A DNA stretch of 32,000 nt from Opitutales bacterium (GTDB taxonomy: Bacteria; Verrucomicrobiota; Verrucomicrobiia; Opitutales; PNEW01), in NCBI GenBank assembly GCA_965219535.1, contig CBDCNV010000002.1, forward strand, positions 2,100,001 to 2,132,000, given 5' to 3'. The position numbers were made by a program, and so were the translations under genes. The notes under the pieces were generated by a model. The model had not been told where the DNA came from and made no database searches. It was given only the letters and a program-made list of their open reading frames with translations. Of this stretch, positions 1-9,723 are shown in pieces; position 1 is the first letter of the stretch, and each line of letters opens with the position of its first letter.

Positions 1-915
1 GCGGATATTGCCATTCGTCAGATAGAAGAGCGTCCTAAAGATCAGTCTTTCTTTCAAGTCTGCAGTTTCATCGGGCCCCATCCACCATTTAAAATCCCTG
101 AACCTTACTTCAGCTTATACGATCCTGAATCTATTCCCGAACCTCCAAATTTTAAACCATCGTCATTAGAACCAGCATGTAAGGATTATAGCTTTTACCG
201 CCATATTAGGCAGGACTACAGTGAAGACTGGAGTGAATGGAAAAAGTCTGTTGCCGTCTACTGGGGGTTTGTGAAAATGATGGATGATCAGGTTGGTCGT
301 CTAATCGATTGCCTGGAGCGAGATCAGTTGCTGGATGAGACGTTGATCATATTTTGCAGTGACCATGGGGAGATGCTTGGACAGCATGGATTATGGCAGA
401 AAATGCAACCCTACGAAGAGTCATTGCGCGTGCCGCTTGTCATGGCTGTGCCCGGGATGAAAGAGGGGGAGGGGATTCGCAGTCAAGCCGGAGCGTCGCT
501 CATCGATATAGCTCCTACCATCCTTTCTGTAGCCGGTGTTAAAGCACCGGAAAATTACGAGGGAATAGATCTATCACCATCATTTACTGATGGGACGACA
601 TTAAAAGAGGACCGTATGCTGTTTAGTGAACAGAAACCACTCGGGCATTTTCACGGAGAAGTAGATTGGCGCTTAGCTACCGATAATCGCTATAAATATG
701 TCTGGAACCGCACGGATCGAGATGAATTTTATGATCTATCAGCAGATCCCTGGGAAACTAAGAATTTAATAAATAATTCAGATCTGAAATCAGTGATTTC
801 AACTTACCAGGATGCTTTATTCAAGTGGTTGAAAGATACCGCTGACCCGCTTTTATCCGACTATGAATATGAATTGTCTTTGAATGATCAATTGAGGGAT
901 ATTCTGCCTAAATAA
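1..915 (+). CDS. Sulfatase (arylsulfatase family), 5'-truncated at window edge
   Basis: Frame 1 is open from base 1 (ADIAIRQIEERPKDQSFFQVCSFIGPHPPF...), so the listed GTG at 271 is internal. The C-terminal sulfatase motif CSDHGEMLGQHGLWQK is present, along with a PLVM...DIAPTIL segment typical of the family. Confidence 0.85.
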   Translation, partial: ADIAIRQIEERPKDQSFFQVCSFIGPHPPFKIPEPYFSLYDPESIPEPPNFKPSSLEPACKDYSFYRHIRQDYSEDWSEWKKSVAVYWGFVKMMDDQVGRLIDCLERDQLLDETLIIFCSDHGEMLGQHGLWQKMQPYEESLRVPLVMAVPGMKEGEGIRSQAGASLIDIAPTILSVAGVKAPENYEGIDLSPSFTDGTTLKEDRMLFSEQKPLGHFHGEVDWRLATDNRYKYVWNRTDRDEFYDLSADPWETKNLINNSDLKSVISTYQDALFKWLKDTADPLLSDYEYELSLNDQLRDILPK

Positions 916-1011
916 ATTGATATTAATTACACCAGGATTCACCGTTCGATCGCATTCCGCATCCACGCATATTCTCATTCTCGCATAAACGCATAGCCGC
1001 TTTAGCACTTA

Positions 1012-2313
1012 TTATTCGATCGCATAGATTTCTTTTTCACCTTCGGTCTTTCCGATAATAACCGCTCCACAGGTATCACTGTAGACATTAACCGCGGTGC
1101 GACACATATCGAGAATACGGTCTGTTACCCAGACGAGGCCCACTGCTTCAACGGGCAGGCCAACTACCCCAAGAATTACGGTAATCGCAACAAGGCTGGC
1201 CGCCGGTATTCCAGCAACTCCGACCGAAGTTAATAATGCCAGTAGAACGACAGAAAACTGGGTCGCAAAACCGATTTCGAATCCCTGCAAAACACCATAA
1301 ATCTGGGCGATAAAAATGATGACAACACACTCATAGAGAGCGGTGCCATCCATGTTAACTGTCGCCCCCAGGGGGAGGGTAAAGCTGGCGGTCCGATTGG
1401 AAACAACCGCATTCTTTTCTACTGTTTCGAGGGTGACAGGTAGGGTTGAAGCTGAGGATGCGGTGGAAAAAGCAGTAAGTAAAACCGGGGCCATCGACTT
1501 GAGATGTAGGATGGGATTAACTTTTGCTACAAATTTTAATAATAATCCTAAACTGAGTAAAAAATGAATACCCAAAGCGAGAACAACAGTAATGAAAAAC
1601 AAGAGCAATGGCTTAAATAATCCGAATCCTGTTCTCAGGATGATCGGCGTAACAAGTCCAAATACTCCTAGCGGTGCAAATTTAATCACTAAATTAGTGA
1701 TTCGCATCATTACCCCTTGGATACTTTCCCATAAAGTGGACTGAAATTCTAACTGTCGTTGTGGCAGCTTACTGATAAAATAACCAAAGAGCAGACTGAA
1801 CATGATTAGCCCTAATAGTTGTCCATTATCAGTAGCCGCTTTTATGATATTGGGTGGAACCATACGAATAAAGATATTGATCATTTCACCACTTCCACGG
1901 CCTTCAACTTTGTGCATAAATGCCTCTGCACTCTGGGCCTGCCCTACAATTTGAGTGGCAAGTTCAGAGGAAACAGACCCCGGTCTGATAATGTTTACAA
2001 CCAACAATCCGATAATTATGGCGAGCAATCCTGAAACGGTGTAATAGATAAGAATTTTTATTCCCATCCGCTTAAAATTGCGTTCAGTACCCAGACCCAT
2101 AATGCCGCAGATAATGGAAGAAACGATGAGCGGGACTACGATCATCTTCAGGGCATTCATGAATATTGTGCCGATAAATTCGCAGGTACTTACGAGTCCA
2201 ACGGCAAATCCGCTATGCGTGAGATTTGCCGTTTTAATGACAACACCTATCACAACTGCCAGGAGAATAGCACTCAAGATTTGCCAATGCAGTTTCCACT
2301 TAAATGGATTCAT
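1012..2313 (-). CDS. Dicarboxylate/amino acid:cation symporter (DAACS, GltP/DctA-like)
   Basis: 433-aa polytopic membrane protein. It carries the family signature NMDGTALYE and a serine-rich reentrant-loop segment (AFSTASSASTLP). Confidence 0.9.
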   Translation of the reverse strand: MNPFKWKLHWQILSAILLAVVIGVVIKTANLTHSGFAVGLVSTCEFIGTIFMNALKMIVVPLIVSSIICGIMGLGTERNFKRMGIKILIYYTVSGLLAIIIGLLVVNIIRPGSVSSELATQIVGQAQSAEAFMHKVEGRGSGEMINIFIRMVPPNIIKAATDNGQLLGLIMFSLLFGYFISKLPQRQLEFQSTLWESIQGVMMRITNLVIKFAPLGVFGLVTPIILRTGFGLFKPLLLFFITVVLALGIHFLLSLGLLLKFVAKVNPILHLKSMAPVLLTAFSTASSASTLPVTLETVEKNAVVSNRTASFTLPLGATVNMDGTALYECVVIIFIAQIYGVLQGFEIGFATQFSVVLLALLTSVGVAGIPAASLVAITVILGVVGLPVEAVGLVWVTDRILDMCRTAVNVYSDTCGAVIIGKTEGEKEIYAIE

Positions 2314-2708
2314 GGTAGGGAGAGTAGGAGGGTATTAATCCTTTTAGTCAATCCGTTGAAGCATTGTCGCTTTTGAAATAATAATTTAACGAGGAGAGAT
2401 TACGTAATAAGTTTATAATTAATCACTTATTAGTGAAATGGTAAGTGGCGGGGCCAATTGAAGTTATCCATGTAAATGAATATATTTATCAATAGGCCTA
2501 TTAGCTTTAAACCTCATATTTGAAGTGAACTAGCAGAAAAGAATATATTGCTGTATATTGAATTAAAATTTATACCGTGATCCAACCTTTCAAAGACGAG
2601 GTAGATTTCAACCAATTGTCGCTTTCCGCAATATTTCGAACAAGTATTTTTTCCTTTGAATTTATCCCGGGTTTTCCTAACCTCAATTTTTTCGATTAAA
2701 AGATTACT

Positions 2709-3896
2709 ATGATCATTAAACCACGCATTCGCGGTTTCGTATGCGTAACAGCTCACCCAGTCGGTTGTGCTGAACACGTTCAGGAGCAAATCGATTATGT
2801 GAAAGCTCAATCTTTCACGGAGGGAGGCCCGAAAAAAGTTCTCATCATTGGAGCATCGACAGGATATGGACTCTCCTCACGTATTGTCAGCGCTTTTGGA
2901 TCCAAAGCGGGGACTATCGGGGTGTTTTTTGAAAGGCCGGCGAATAATGGAAAAACCGCATCTGCAGGTTGGTACAATTCGATTGCTTTCGAAAACGAAG
3001 CTCATGCGGATGGTTTATATGCAAAGAGTATTAATGGTGACGCCTTTTCTGATGAGATTAAGGATCAAACCATCGATTTGATAAAAAAAGACATGGGGAA
3101 GGTAGACCTCATTATTTATAGTCTGGCATCTCCCCGCCGAACTGATCCGAAAACAGGCGATGTTTATAAAATGGCTCTAAAACCCATAGGCCATTCATTG
3201 CATGATAAGATGCTCGATACGGATAAAAAAATGGTCATGGAAGACAGCATCGAATCGGCAACGGAAAAAGAAATCTCTGATACGATAAATATCATGGGGG
3301 GTGAAGATTGGGATTTATGGCTTGATGCTCTCAATAGCGCGGAGGTTCTTGAAGAAGGGGTGACTACCGTTGCTTATTCCTATATCGGTCCCGAGGTAAC
3401 CTGGCCCATTTATAAGAATGGTACGATTGGTCTGGCGAAGGAAGATCTTGAAAAAACCGCCGCTAAAATTGATGCAAAATTGAAAAAGTATGGCGGTCGC
3501 GCATTTGTCTCAATTAACAAGGGAGTAGTCACTCAATCAAGCTCGGCTATTCCGGTTGTCCCTCTTTATTTTGCGCTCCTTTTCAAAGTGATGAAAGAAA
3601 AAGGAATTCATGAAGGATGCATCGAGCAGATACAGCGACTATTTACAACGAAACTTTACAATGGTGCTGGCCCTGACTTAGATGAAGCGGGTAGAATACG
3701 TATTGATGACTTGGAGATGCGACCCGATGTGCAAGATGCGGTCGCTAAACTATGGCTTCGTGTTACGACGGAGAATCTTGATGAAATATCTGACTTTTCC
3801 GGTCATCAGCAGGAATTCTTAAAACTGTTTGGATTTGGTTTGCCCGGGACGGATTATGAATCGGACGTCAACCCGGAAATAGTTTTTGATTCCTGA
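2709..3896 (+). CDS. fabV: Enoyl-[acyl-carrier-protein] reductase FabV / trans-2-enoyl-CoA reductase
   Basis: N-terminus MIIKPRIRGFVCVTAHPVGC, then GASTGYGLSSRI, YSLASPRR and VVTQSSSAIPVVPLY. It appears collinear with Vibrio FabV over its full 395 aa. Confidence 0.95.
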   Translation: MIIKPRIRGFVCVTAHPVGCAEHVQEQIDYVKAQSFTEGGPKKVLIIGASTGYGLSSRIVSAFGSKAGTIGVFFERPANNGKTASAGWYNSIAFENEAHADGLYAKSINGDAFSDEIKDQTIDLIKKDMGKVDLIIYSLASPRRTDPKTGDVYKMALKPIGHSLHDKMLDTDKKMVMEDSIESATEKEISDTINIMGGEDWDLWLDALNSAEVLEEGVTTVAYSYIGPEVTWPIYKNGTIGLAKEDLEKTAAKIDAKLKKYGGRAFVSINKGVVTQSSSAIPVVPLYFALLFKVMKEKGIHEGCIEQIQRLFTTKLYNGAGPDLDEAGRIRIDDLEMRPDVQDAVAKLWLRVTTENLDEISDFSGHQQEFLKLFGFGLPGTDYESDVNPEIVFDS

Positions 3897-3910
3897 TCGC
3901 AAAGCAAAAT

Positions 3911-4309
3911 TCAACGCGATTGCAGACGAATTTTTTCAAGGCCCGCTTTACGGCAGGTGTCCATAATAAAAGTGACATGTTTGAGATAGGCATCCTCATC
4001 AGCTAAGATCAGGACAGGGAGTTCCTCATCAATATCGGCCGCGATATTGATGGCCACTGTTAATTCACTGCGGTTCATTAAAGTGCCATTGTAGTAAAAT
4101 TCACCTTTTGGACTGATCCCTACTTCCAAGCGTTCCATCTGCTTGTTTTTACCCGCCGTCTCAATTTTAGGAGGAATTATATTGAGAATGCTGATATTGC
4201 GAAACTGCATAGACACGAGAAAGAAGAAAATGAGTACAATGAGAACGTCGACGAGCGGGATAATATTAATCTCCGCCTTACGCCTCCGTTTCTTAATCAT
4301 AAAACTCAT
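3911..4309 (-). CDS. exbD: Biopolymer transport protein ExbD/TolR
   Basis: 132 aa with an N-terminal EINIIPLVDVLIVLIFFFL anchor typical of ExbD/TolR. It lies 8 bp downstream of the ExbB-like gene. Confidence 0.85.
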   Translation of the reverse strand: MSFMIKKRRRKAEINIIPLVDVLIVLIFFFLVSMQFRNISILNIIPPKIETAGKNKQMERLEVGISPKGEFYYNGTLMNRSELTVAINIAADIDEELPVLILADEDAYLKHVTFIMDTCRKAGLEKIRLQSR

Positions 4310-4317
4310 CGCGTTAT

Positions 4318-4908
4318 CTATTCCTCCTCACTTTTTGAGCCCAGCGAATGCTGATTGATCAGGTCAATAAGGCGTTCGACGCCAACGCTGATTTGGGCTT
4401 CGAGAAAATCAATTCTACGATTCAGGTAGCTGTTGCCGACGAGTGCCGGAATGGCGATCGACAACCCCAGCATCGTGGTTGTGAGCGCCAATGCTATCCC
4501 GCGGACAAAAATATCAGGATCGGGCATTCCGGTATCGGGTGAAACATTCGCGAAAACTTGGATTAATCCCGTAACTGTTCCCAAAAGACCAATTAATGGT
4601 GCTGCGGTGACAACAATATCGAGAAGGAATAATCCGCGTTCCATTCGCGATACTTCTAATCTGGCATATGCCTTTAATTGTTCTGTATCGGGAGAGTTGT
4701 CTCGGTAGAAATTAAGTATTTTTGCGCTTACGGATCCGTCAGAAATCTGCGGTATTTCTCCCTTAATAAAACTATCAGACATTCCCTTTGGAATAATCCG
4801 ACTCTGACGTAGTGCAATAAGTCGTTCGATTATGATAAAGACTGCGATAAAAGAGCATGTCAGCAGGGGCCAAAAAAATATGCCGGTTCCTTCGATAATA
4901 TTAATCAT
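4318..4908 (-). CDS. exbB: MotA/TolQ/ExbB proton-channel protein
   Basis: 196 aa with three TM segments. The conserved C-terminal region PLIGLLGTVTGLIQVF...GIALALTTTMLGLSIAIPA is present. Confidence 0.85.
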   Translation of the reverse strand: MINIIEGTGIFFWPLLTCSFIAVFIIIERLIALRQSRIIPKGMSDSFIKGEIPQISDGSVSAKILNFYRDNSPDTEQLKAYARLEVSRMERGLFLLDIVVTAAPLIGLLGTVTGLIQVFANVSPDTGMPDPDIFVRGIALALTTTMLGLSIAIPALVGNSYLNRRIDFLEAQISVGVERLIDLINQHSLGSKSEEE

Positions 4909-4926
4909 TTGATATTCCTGGGGTAA

Positions 4927-6093
4927 TTAAATTTTTGCGGCTTTCAAAGCTTCTTCGATATCGGCGACAAGGTCACTTGAGTCTTCGATCCTAGCTGATA
5001 TGCGGACGATTCCGGGAGATAATCCCGCTGCTATTCGAGCGGGTTCATCCATCGCCGCATGACTCATTGACCACGGCTGTTCAATAAGTGATTCAACTCC
5101 ACCCAAGCTTACACAGAGATGGAAATAGTTTAAATGCTTAAAAAAGAGTGCGATATCTACTTTATCCAGGTCCAATTCAAATGACAGAATTCCTCCAAAG
5201 CCTTTCTGTTGCTTTTTAGCTAATTCATGTTGCGGATGGCTCTTCAAGCCGGGATAGAAGACTTTTTTAATGTGCTCAGACCCAAGGAGAAATTCTGTAA
5301 TCGCGGTGGCATTACGCAAGTGGCATTCCATGCGTGGGCCGAGTGTTTTGATTCCCCTTAATGCAAGCCACGCATCAAAGGGTGGGGCGCCAGTACCCAA
5401 TGCGTTGACGAGAAAAAAGATTTTTTCACTCATTTCCTCTTCGCGTGTTACGATTGCTCCCCCCAGCATATCCGAATGTCCATTCATGTACTTTGTTGTC
5501 GAATGAATGACGAGATCGACTCCAAAATCTATAGGGCGCTGAAGGAGGGGAGTCATAAAAGTGTTATCGAGAATGGTAAGCAAATGATGCTTCTTCGCGA
5601 TTTCGACTACCGTTTCAATATTTACGATGTTGAGGAGTGGGTTAGTCGGTGTTTCGAAATAGATTAGGCGTGTGTCGGGGCGTACCGCGGCACTGATATT
5701 TTCGCTCCTCGTCATATCAATCAAACTGAAATCCAATTTGAATTTGGATAGCACTTGCGTAAAGAGGCGAAAAGTCCCGCCGTAAAGTTCATATCCGCAA
5801 ATGATGTGGTCGCCTTCCTTCAAGAGCATAAGCGCGGTAAGAATAGCGGACATTCCGGTATTGGTGGTGAATGCTGCATGGCCGCCTTCTAATTGAGCGA
5901 TGCTTTCATTTAGAGCCTGACGCGTTGGGTTTCCGGTGCGCGTATAGTCATAAGGTGGAGGCTCATCCACCGAATTGAAATAATAAGTAGAGCTGGTATA
6001 AATAGGGGTAGTAACCGAATTATACTGATCGTCTTTATATACCCCGGTATGAACCGCATGGGTCTGCGGGTGGACATCTTTTGATCGAGCCAT
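4927..6093 (-). CDS. Cys/Met-metabolism PLP-dependent enzyme (cystathionine gamma-synthase/beta-lyase family)
   Basis: 388 aa. It has the PLP-lysine motif HSTTKYMNGHSDMLGG and the N-terminal TPIYTSSTY and YTRTGNPTR motifs. MetB, MetC and MetZ cannot be told apart by eye. Confidence 0.9.
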   Translation of the reverse strand: MARSKDVHPQTHAVHTGVYKDDQYNSVTTPIYTSSTYYFNSVDEPPPYDYTRTGNPTRQALNESIAQLEGGHAAFTTNTGMSAILTALMLLKEGDHIICGYELYGGTFRLFTQVLSKFKLDFSLIDMTRSENISAAVRPDTRLIYFETPTNPLLNIVNIETVVEIAKKHHLLTILDNTFMTPLLQRPIDFGVDLVIHSTTKYMNGHSDMLGGAIVTREEEMSEKIFFLVNALGTGAPPFDAWLALRGIKTLGPRMECHLRNATAITEFLLGSEHIKKVFYPGLKSHPQHELAKKQQKGFGGILSFELDLDKVDIALFFKHLNYFHLCVSLGGVESLIEQPWSMSHAAMDEPARIAAGLSPGIVRISARIEDSSDLVADIEEALKAAKI

Positions 6094-6114
6094 CTTTAAG
6101 TAGGAAAGGGGAAA

Positions 6115-6720
6115 TTATTGATTGTCTATATTGGGCAATGACGCCGCCATACGATCAACATCCTCTACCCCTTCCAGTAGTTCGCCAATCGGATCCCAGG
6201 TTCCCGCAATAAGACTTTCCCTCGCACCTTCCTTGATCGTGCAGTCAAATTGTTCATCTCCAATGCTTATTTTGAGATTTTCCATATCGATGTTGATGAT
6301 TGTTTCGGGATCGTTCTTCACGGCAGCGCTCAGCTTTTGAATAACCTCAGTATTCACCGTTAGACAGGGCATTCCCAATTGGGTGGAATTGCCAAAAAAT
6401 ATCTCAGCAAATCCTTCCGTGATGACTGCACGAAAACCAGCTCGGTATAAGGCTTGTGGTGCATGTTCGCGCGAGCTGCCACACCCGAAATTTTTCCCGC
6501 TAATGAGGATACTCGCCTCGCTATAAATGGGGTCATTCAATACATGATCTTTCTTCGTACCATTCTCTTTATGACGTAGATCGTAAAATAAATAGTCACC
6601 GAGCCCGTCAAAAGTTATACACTTCATATAACGAGCGGGTATTATGCGATCGGTGTCGATATCATCACCCGCGAGATAAACACCTTTGCCAATAACTTTT
6701 GTGATTTTTTCCAATGCCAT
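6115..6720 (-). CDS. leuD: 3-isopropylmalate dehydratase small subunit
   Basis: 201 aa with the GKNFGCGSSREHAP motif. It lies directly downstream of leuC. Confidence 0.9.
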   Translation of the reverse strand: MALEKITKVIGKGVYLAGDDIDTDRIIPARYMKCITFDGLGDYLFYDLRHKENGTKKDHVLNDPIYSEASILISGKNFGCGSSREHAPQALYRAGFRAVITEGFAEIFFGNSTQLGMPCLTVNTEVIQKLSAAVKNDPETIINIDMENLKISIGDEQFDCTIKEGARESLIAGTWDPIGELLEGVEDVDRMAASLPNIDNQ

Positions 6721-6743
6721 ATCAATACATAGAAAAGGTTAAA

Positions 6744-8168
6744 CTAGACTCCTGAAGGTTCCAGTACGCCAAAGACCTCTCGAGCATCACTGATCTCACC
6801 GGTTACGGCTGCTGCCGCAACCATCAGCGGGCTCATTAAAATAGTTCTGCCCGTGGGACTCCCCTGGCGGCCTTTGAAATTACGGTTGCTGGAACTCGCG
6901 CATAATTGGTCGCCAACCAGTTTGTCAGGGTTCATTGCCAGACACATGGAACATCCGGCTCCCCGCCATTCGAATCCTGCTTTCGTAAAAATTTCGTCCA
7001 GCCCCATTTCTTCCGCGAGCTTAGCGACAATTTGCGATCCCGGGACGACAAGCGCCTTAACTTTGGGAGCGACATGATGCCCTTCAATATATTTGGCCGC
7101 CTCTTTCAAATCAATGATCCGTGCATTGGTGCACGAACCGATAAAAGCGACATCGATTTTTGTGCCTTTAATCGGCGAGTCAGGTGCGAACTTCATGTGT
7201 TCGAGTGCTTCTAAAACACTGTCTCTCTCATCGGATGGCACTTGATCGGGATCGGGTATATTTTCATCAATAAAAATTGCCTGGCCCGGATTTATGCCCC
7301 AGGTAACGGTGGGTGCTATTTCTTTCGCGCGGATTGTGACCACATCATCATAATCACAGTCCTCATCAGAGGCGAATGACTTCCAGTTTTCAACTGCATC
7401 GTCCCAAGCCGAACCTTTCGGTGCGTAAGGTCGTCCCTTGAGGTATTCGTAAGTCGTTGCATCCGGGATAACATAGCCCGCACGCGCACCACCCTCAATC
7501 GACATATTACAGACCGTCATACGTTCTTCCATCGAGAAGCGATCCAAGACTTCACCGCCGTATTCATAGGCAAAACCGGTTCCGCCATTTACTCCCAGAA
7601 CGCGGATAATGTGTAAGATAACATCTTTAGCATAAACCCCGGGGGCGAGCTCGCCATCTATATTAATACGGCGCACCTTGAGTTTGTTCAGGGCCATCGT
7701 CTGGGTGGCGAGAATGTCGCGAATTTGCGAAGTGCCGATGCCAAAGGCTATAGTACCAAAAGCTCCATGGGTTGATGTGTGAGAGTCCCCACAGGCAATC
7801 GTAGTTCCCGGTTGGGTTATACCCTGTTCCGGTCCGACAATATGCAAGATTCCCTGTTTTCCTGAATGGGTATCAAAAAAAGTAATGCCGGTATCTTTAC
7901 AGTTTTTACGCATCGCGTTGATCATCGCGTCAGCAAATTCATCAGAATAAGGCTCTTTATTCTCATCCGTGGGCACAATATGATCGACCGTGGCAAAAGT
8001 GCGTTCGGGATAACGGACTTTTAAGCCCAATTCATTCAGCATGCCGAATGCTTGCGGGCTTGTTACCTCGTGGACGAGATGGGTGCCAATAAACAGTTGT
8101 GTCTGCCCGTTCGACAGTTCGCGAACGGTGTGGGCCTCCCATACTTTTTCGAATAAATTCTTTCCCAT
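6744..8168 (-). CDS. leuC: 3-isopropylmalate dehydratase large subunit
   Basis: 474 aa. Aconitase-family Fe-S ligand motifs are present: [16 protein letters not shown] and [10 protein letters not shown]. Confidence 0.95.
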   Translation of the reverse strand: MGKNLFEKVWEAHTVRELSNGQTQLFIGTHLVHEVTSPQAFGMLNELGLKVRYPERTFATVDHIVPTDENKEPYSDEFADAMINAMRKNCKDTGITFFDTHSGKQGILHIVGPEQGITQPGTTIACGDSHTSTHGAFGTIAFGIGTSQIRDILATQTMALNKLKVRRINIDGELAPGVYAKDVILHIIRVLGVNGGTGFAYEYGGEVLDRFSMEERMTVCNMSIEGGARAGYVIPDATTYEYLKGRPYAPKGSAWDDAVENWKSFASDEDCDYDDVVTIRAKEIAPTVTWGINPGQAIFIDENIPDPDQVPSDERDSVLEALEHMKFAPDSPIKGTKIDVAFIGSCTNARIIDLKEAAKYIEGHHVAPKVKALVVPGSQIVAKLAEEMGLDEIFTKAGFEWRGAGCSMCLAMNPDKLVGDQLCASSSNRNFKGRQGSPTGRTILMSPLMVAAAAVTGEISDAREVFGVLEPSGV

Positions 8169-8293
8169 AATGCTTACTCAATCGTAAAATTGAATCAGTT
8201 AACTTAATAGGTTACACCCACCGCGCAACTACAAAGGCTTAGTTTAGGATATCATACACCTATTTCATTACATTTATGAACTGATTTCTTCAC

Positions 8294-9613
8294 TTAAGTT
8301 TCCGTTTCAGCTAAGAATTTTTTGATGCGGCACAAAACATTCTCTTTACCTAATACTTGCAGCATGGCGTAAAAGCCTGGTCCGACATTAGTTCCCGACA
8401 CTGCCAACCGGGTAGGGTGGATGTATTCTCCGCTACTTACTTTATGCGTCACAGTCAGACTTTCTACCATTTTTTCCAGGATTTCCTCTGAAAATTTATC
8501 TAAGGTTTCAATACTAGATAAAATCTCATTTAAGCGAGCAAGGGGATCTCCTTTCTTGAAGATTTTTTGTTTCGCTTTCTCGTTTATCGAATATTTATCG
8601 GTGAAAAAGTATGCACAGTATCCGGGTAATTCTTCAATTGAACGCACTTTCTCTCGACAGATCCTCAAAACGTCCTGAAGGAAATCTTCATCCACGTTTT
8701 CAGGGATGATCTTAGATTCATTCAAAACCGGGCGGCATAACCAGCTAAAGGTTTCGAGGGGAAGAGCACGTAGATAATCTGTATTAATGAATGAAAGTTT
8801 CTTCTCATCGAAACGCGCGTTGTTTTTATTTATCCCGGTGAGGTCGAAAAGTTGAATGATTTCATCGATCGGTAGAATCTCGCGGTCGTCTTTAGGCGAC
8901 CACCCGAGTAGACAGAGATAATTGCGCACCGCATCAGCGAGGAAATAACGCCGTTCGTATTCTTCAATAAGGGATCCTTGATCGCGTTTGCTCATTTTTC
9001 CCGGCCCCTGCTGTTTAAGCAAAAGCGGTATGTGAGCATACTGTGGCAACTCGGCCTTAAATGCTTTTATCAGCTCGGTGTGTTTGCTCGTATTCGACAG
9101 GTGATCTTCACCTCGAATCACATGAGTAATACCCATCGTGATATCATCCACCACATTGACAAAGTGAAATACAGGTGAGCCATTGGAACGGAAAATAACA
9201 AAATCCTTTTCTTCAGTTCTTTCAACACGACCACGCACCGCGTCTTCGATTACTTGGGGTTCCCCGGTAATCTTAAAGTAAATAGCGCCATCCTTTTCAT
9301 AGGCGCGATCAATCTTTTTAAGCTGCTCAAGATGGCTGCGATAAATTTCTGTGCGTTCACTCTGGTAATAGGGACCGTAGTCTCCACCGACTTCCGGTCC
9401 TTCATCCCAGTTGAGACCTAACCATTTCATGCCCTGAAAAAGGATTTGCTTTGCCTCTTCCGTATTGCGCTCCTTGTCCGTATCTTCGATCCGTAAGATA
9501 AATACACCTTCGGCATGACGTGCGTATAACCAGTTGAACAAAGCGGTACGTGCACTTCCAATATGGAAAAACCCAGTCGGACTGGGAGCAAACCTGACTC
9601 TCACTTGTGACAT
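8294..9613 (-). CDS. gltX: Glutamate--tRNA ligase
   Basis: Class I signatures are present: HIGS ([22 protein letters not shown]) and KMSKR. I place the start at the internal ATG (MSQVRVRF..., CAT at 9611-9613). The 21 codons upstream in the track ORF look non-native. Confidence 0.93.
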   Translation of the reverse strand: MSQVRVRFAPSPTGFFHIGSARTALFNWLYARHAEGVFILRIEDTDKERNTEEAKQILFQGMKWLGLNWDEGPEVGGDYGPYYQSERTEIYRSHLEQLKKIDRAYEKDGAIYFKITGEPQVIEDAVRGRVERTEEKDFVIFRSNGSPVFHFVNVVDDITMGITHVIRGEDHLSNTSKHTELIKAFKAELPQYAHIPLLLKQQGPGKMSKRDQGSLIEEYERRYFLADAVRNYLCLLGWSPKDDREILPIDEIIQLFDLTGINKNNARFDEKKLSFINTDYLRALPLETFSWLCRPVLNESKIIPENVDEDFLQDVLRICREKVRSIEELPGYCAYFFTDKYSINEKAKQKIFKKGDPLARLNEILSSIETLDKFSEEILEKMVESLTVTHKVSSGEYIHPTRLAVSGTNVGPGFYAMLQVLGKENVLCRIKKFLAETET

Positions 9614-9723
9614 GATGTATATATCACTAAGTAATAATAAGTATGATAAGCAATAATCTTCGTCCTCGCCTACCACGATGTAGTCACGCCACTACGGCTA
9701 CGACGGAGCGTGTATATAAATTT

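Noticed and set aside
2514-2810. 98-aa minus-strand ORF overlapping the fabV start
   Set aside because: It lies in an AT-rich promoter region and overlaps the strongly supported fabV N-terminus. It has no recognisable motifs.
9614-9676. N-terminal extension of gltX ([21 protein letters not shown])
   Set aside because: GltX homology begins at the internal [14 protein letters not shown]. The extension has no counterpart in the family and runs into repeat-related sequence.
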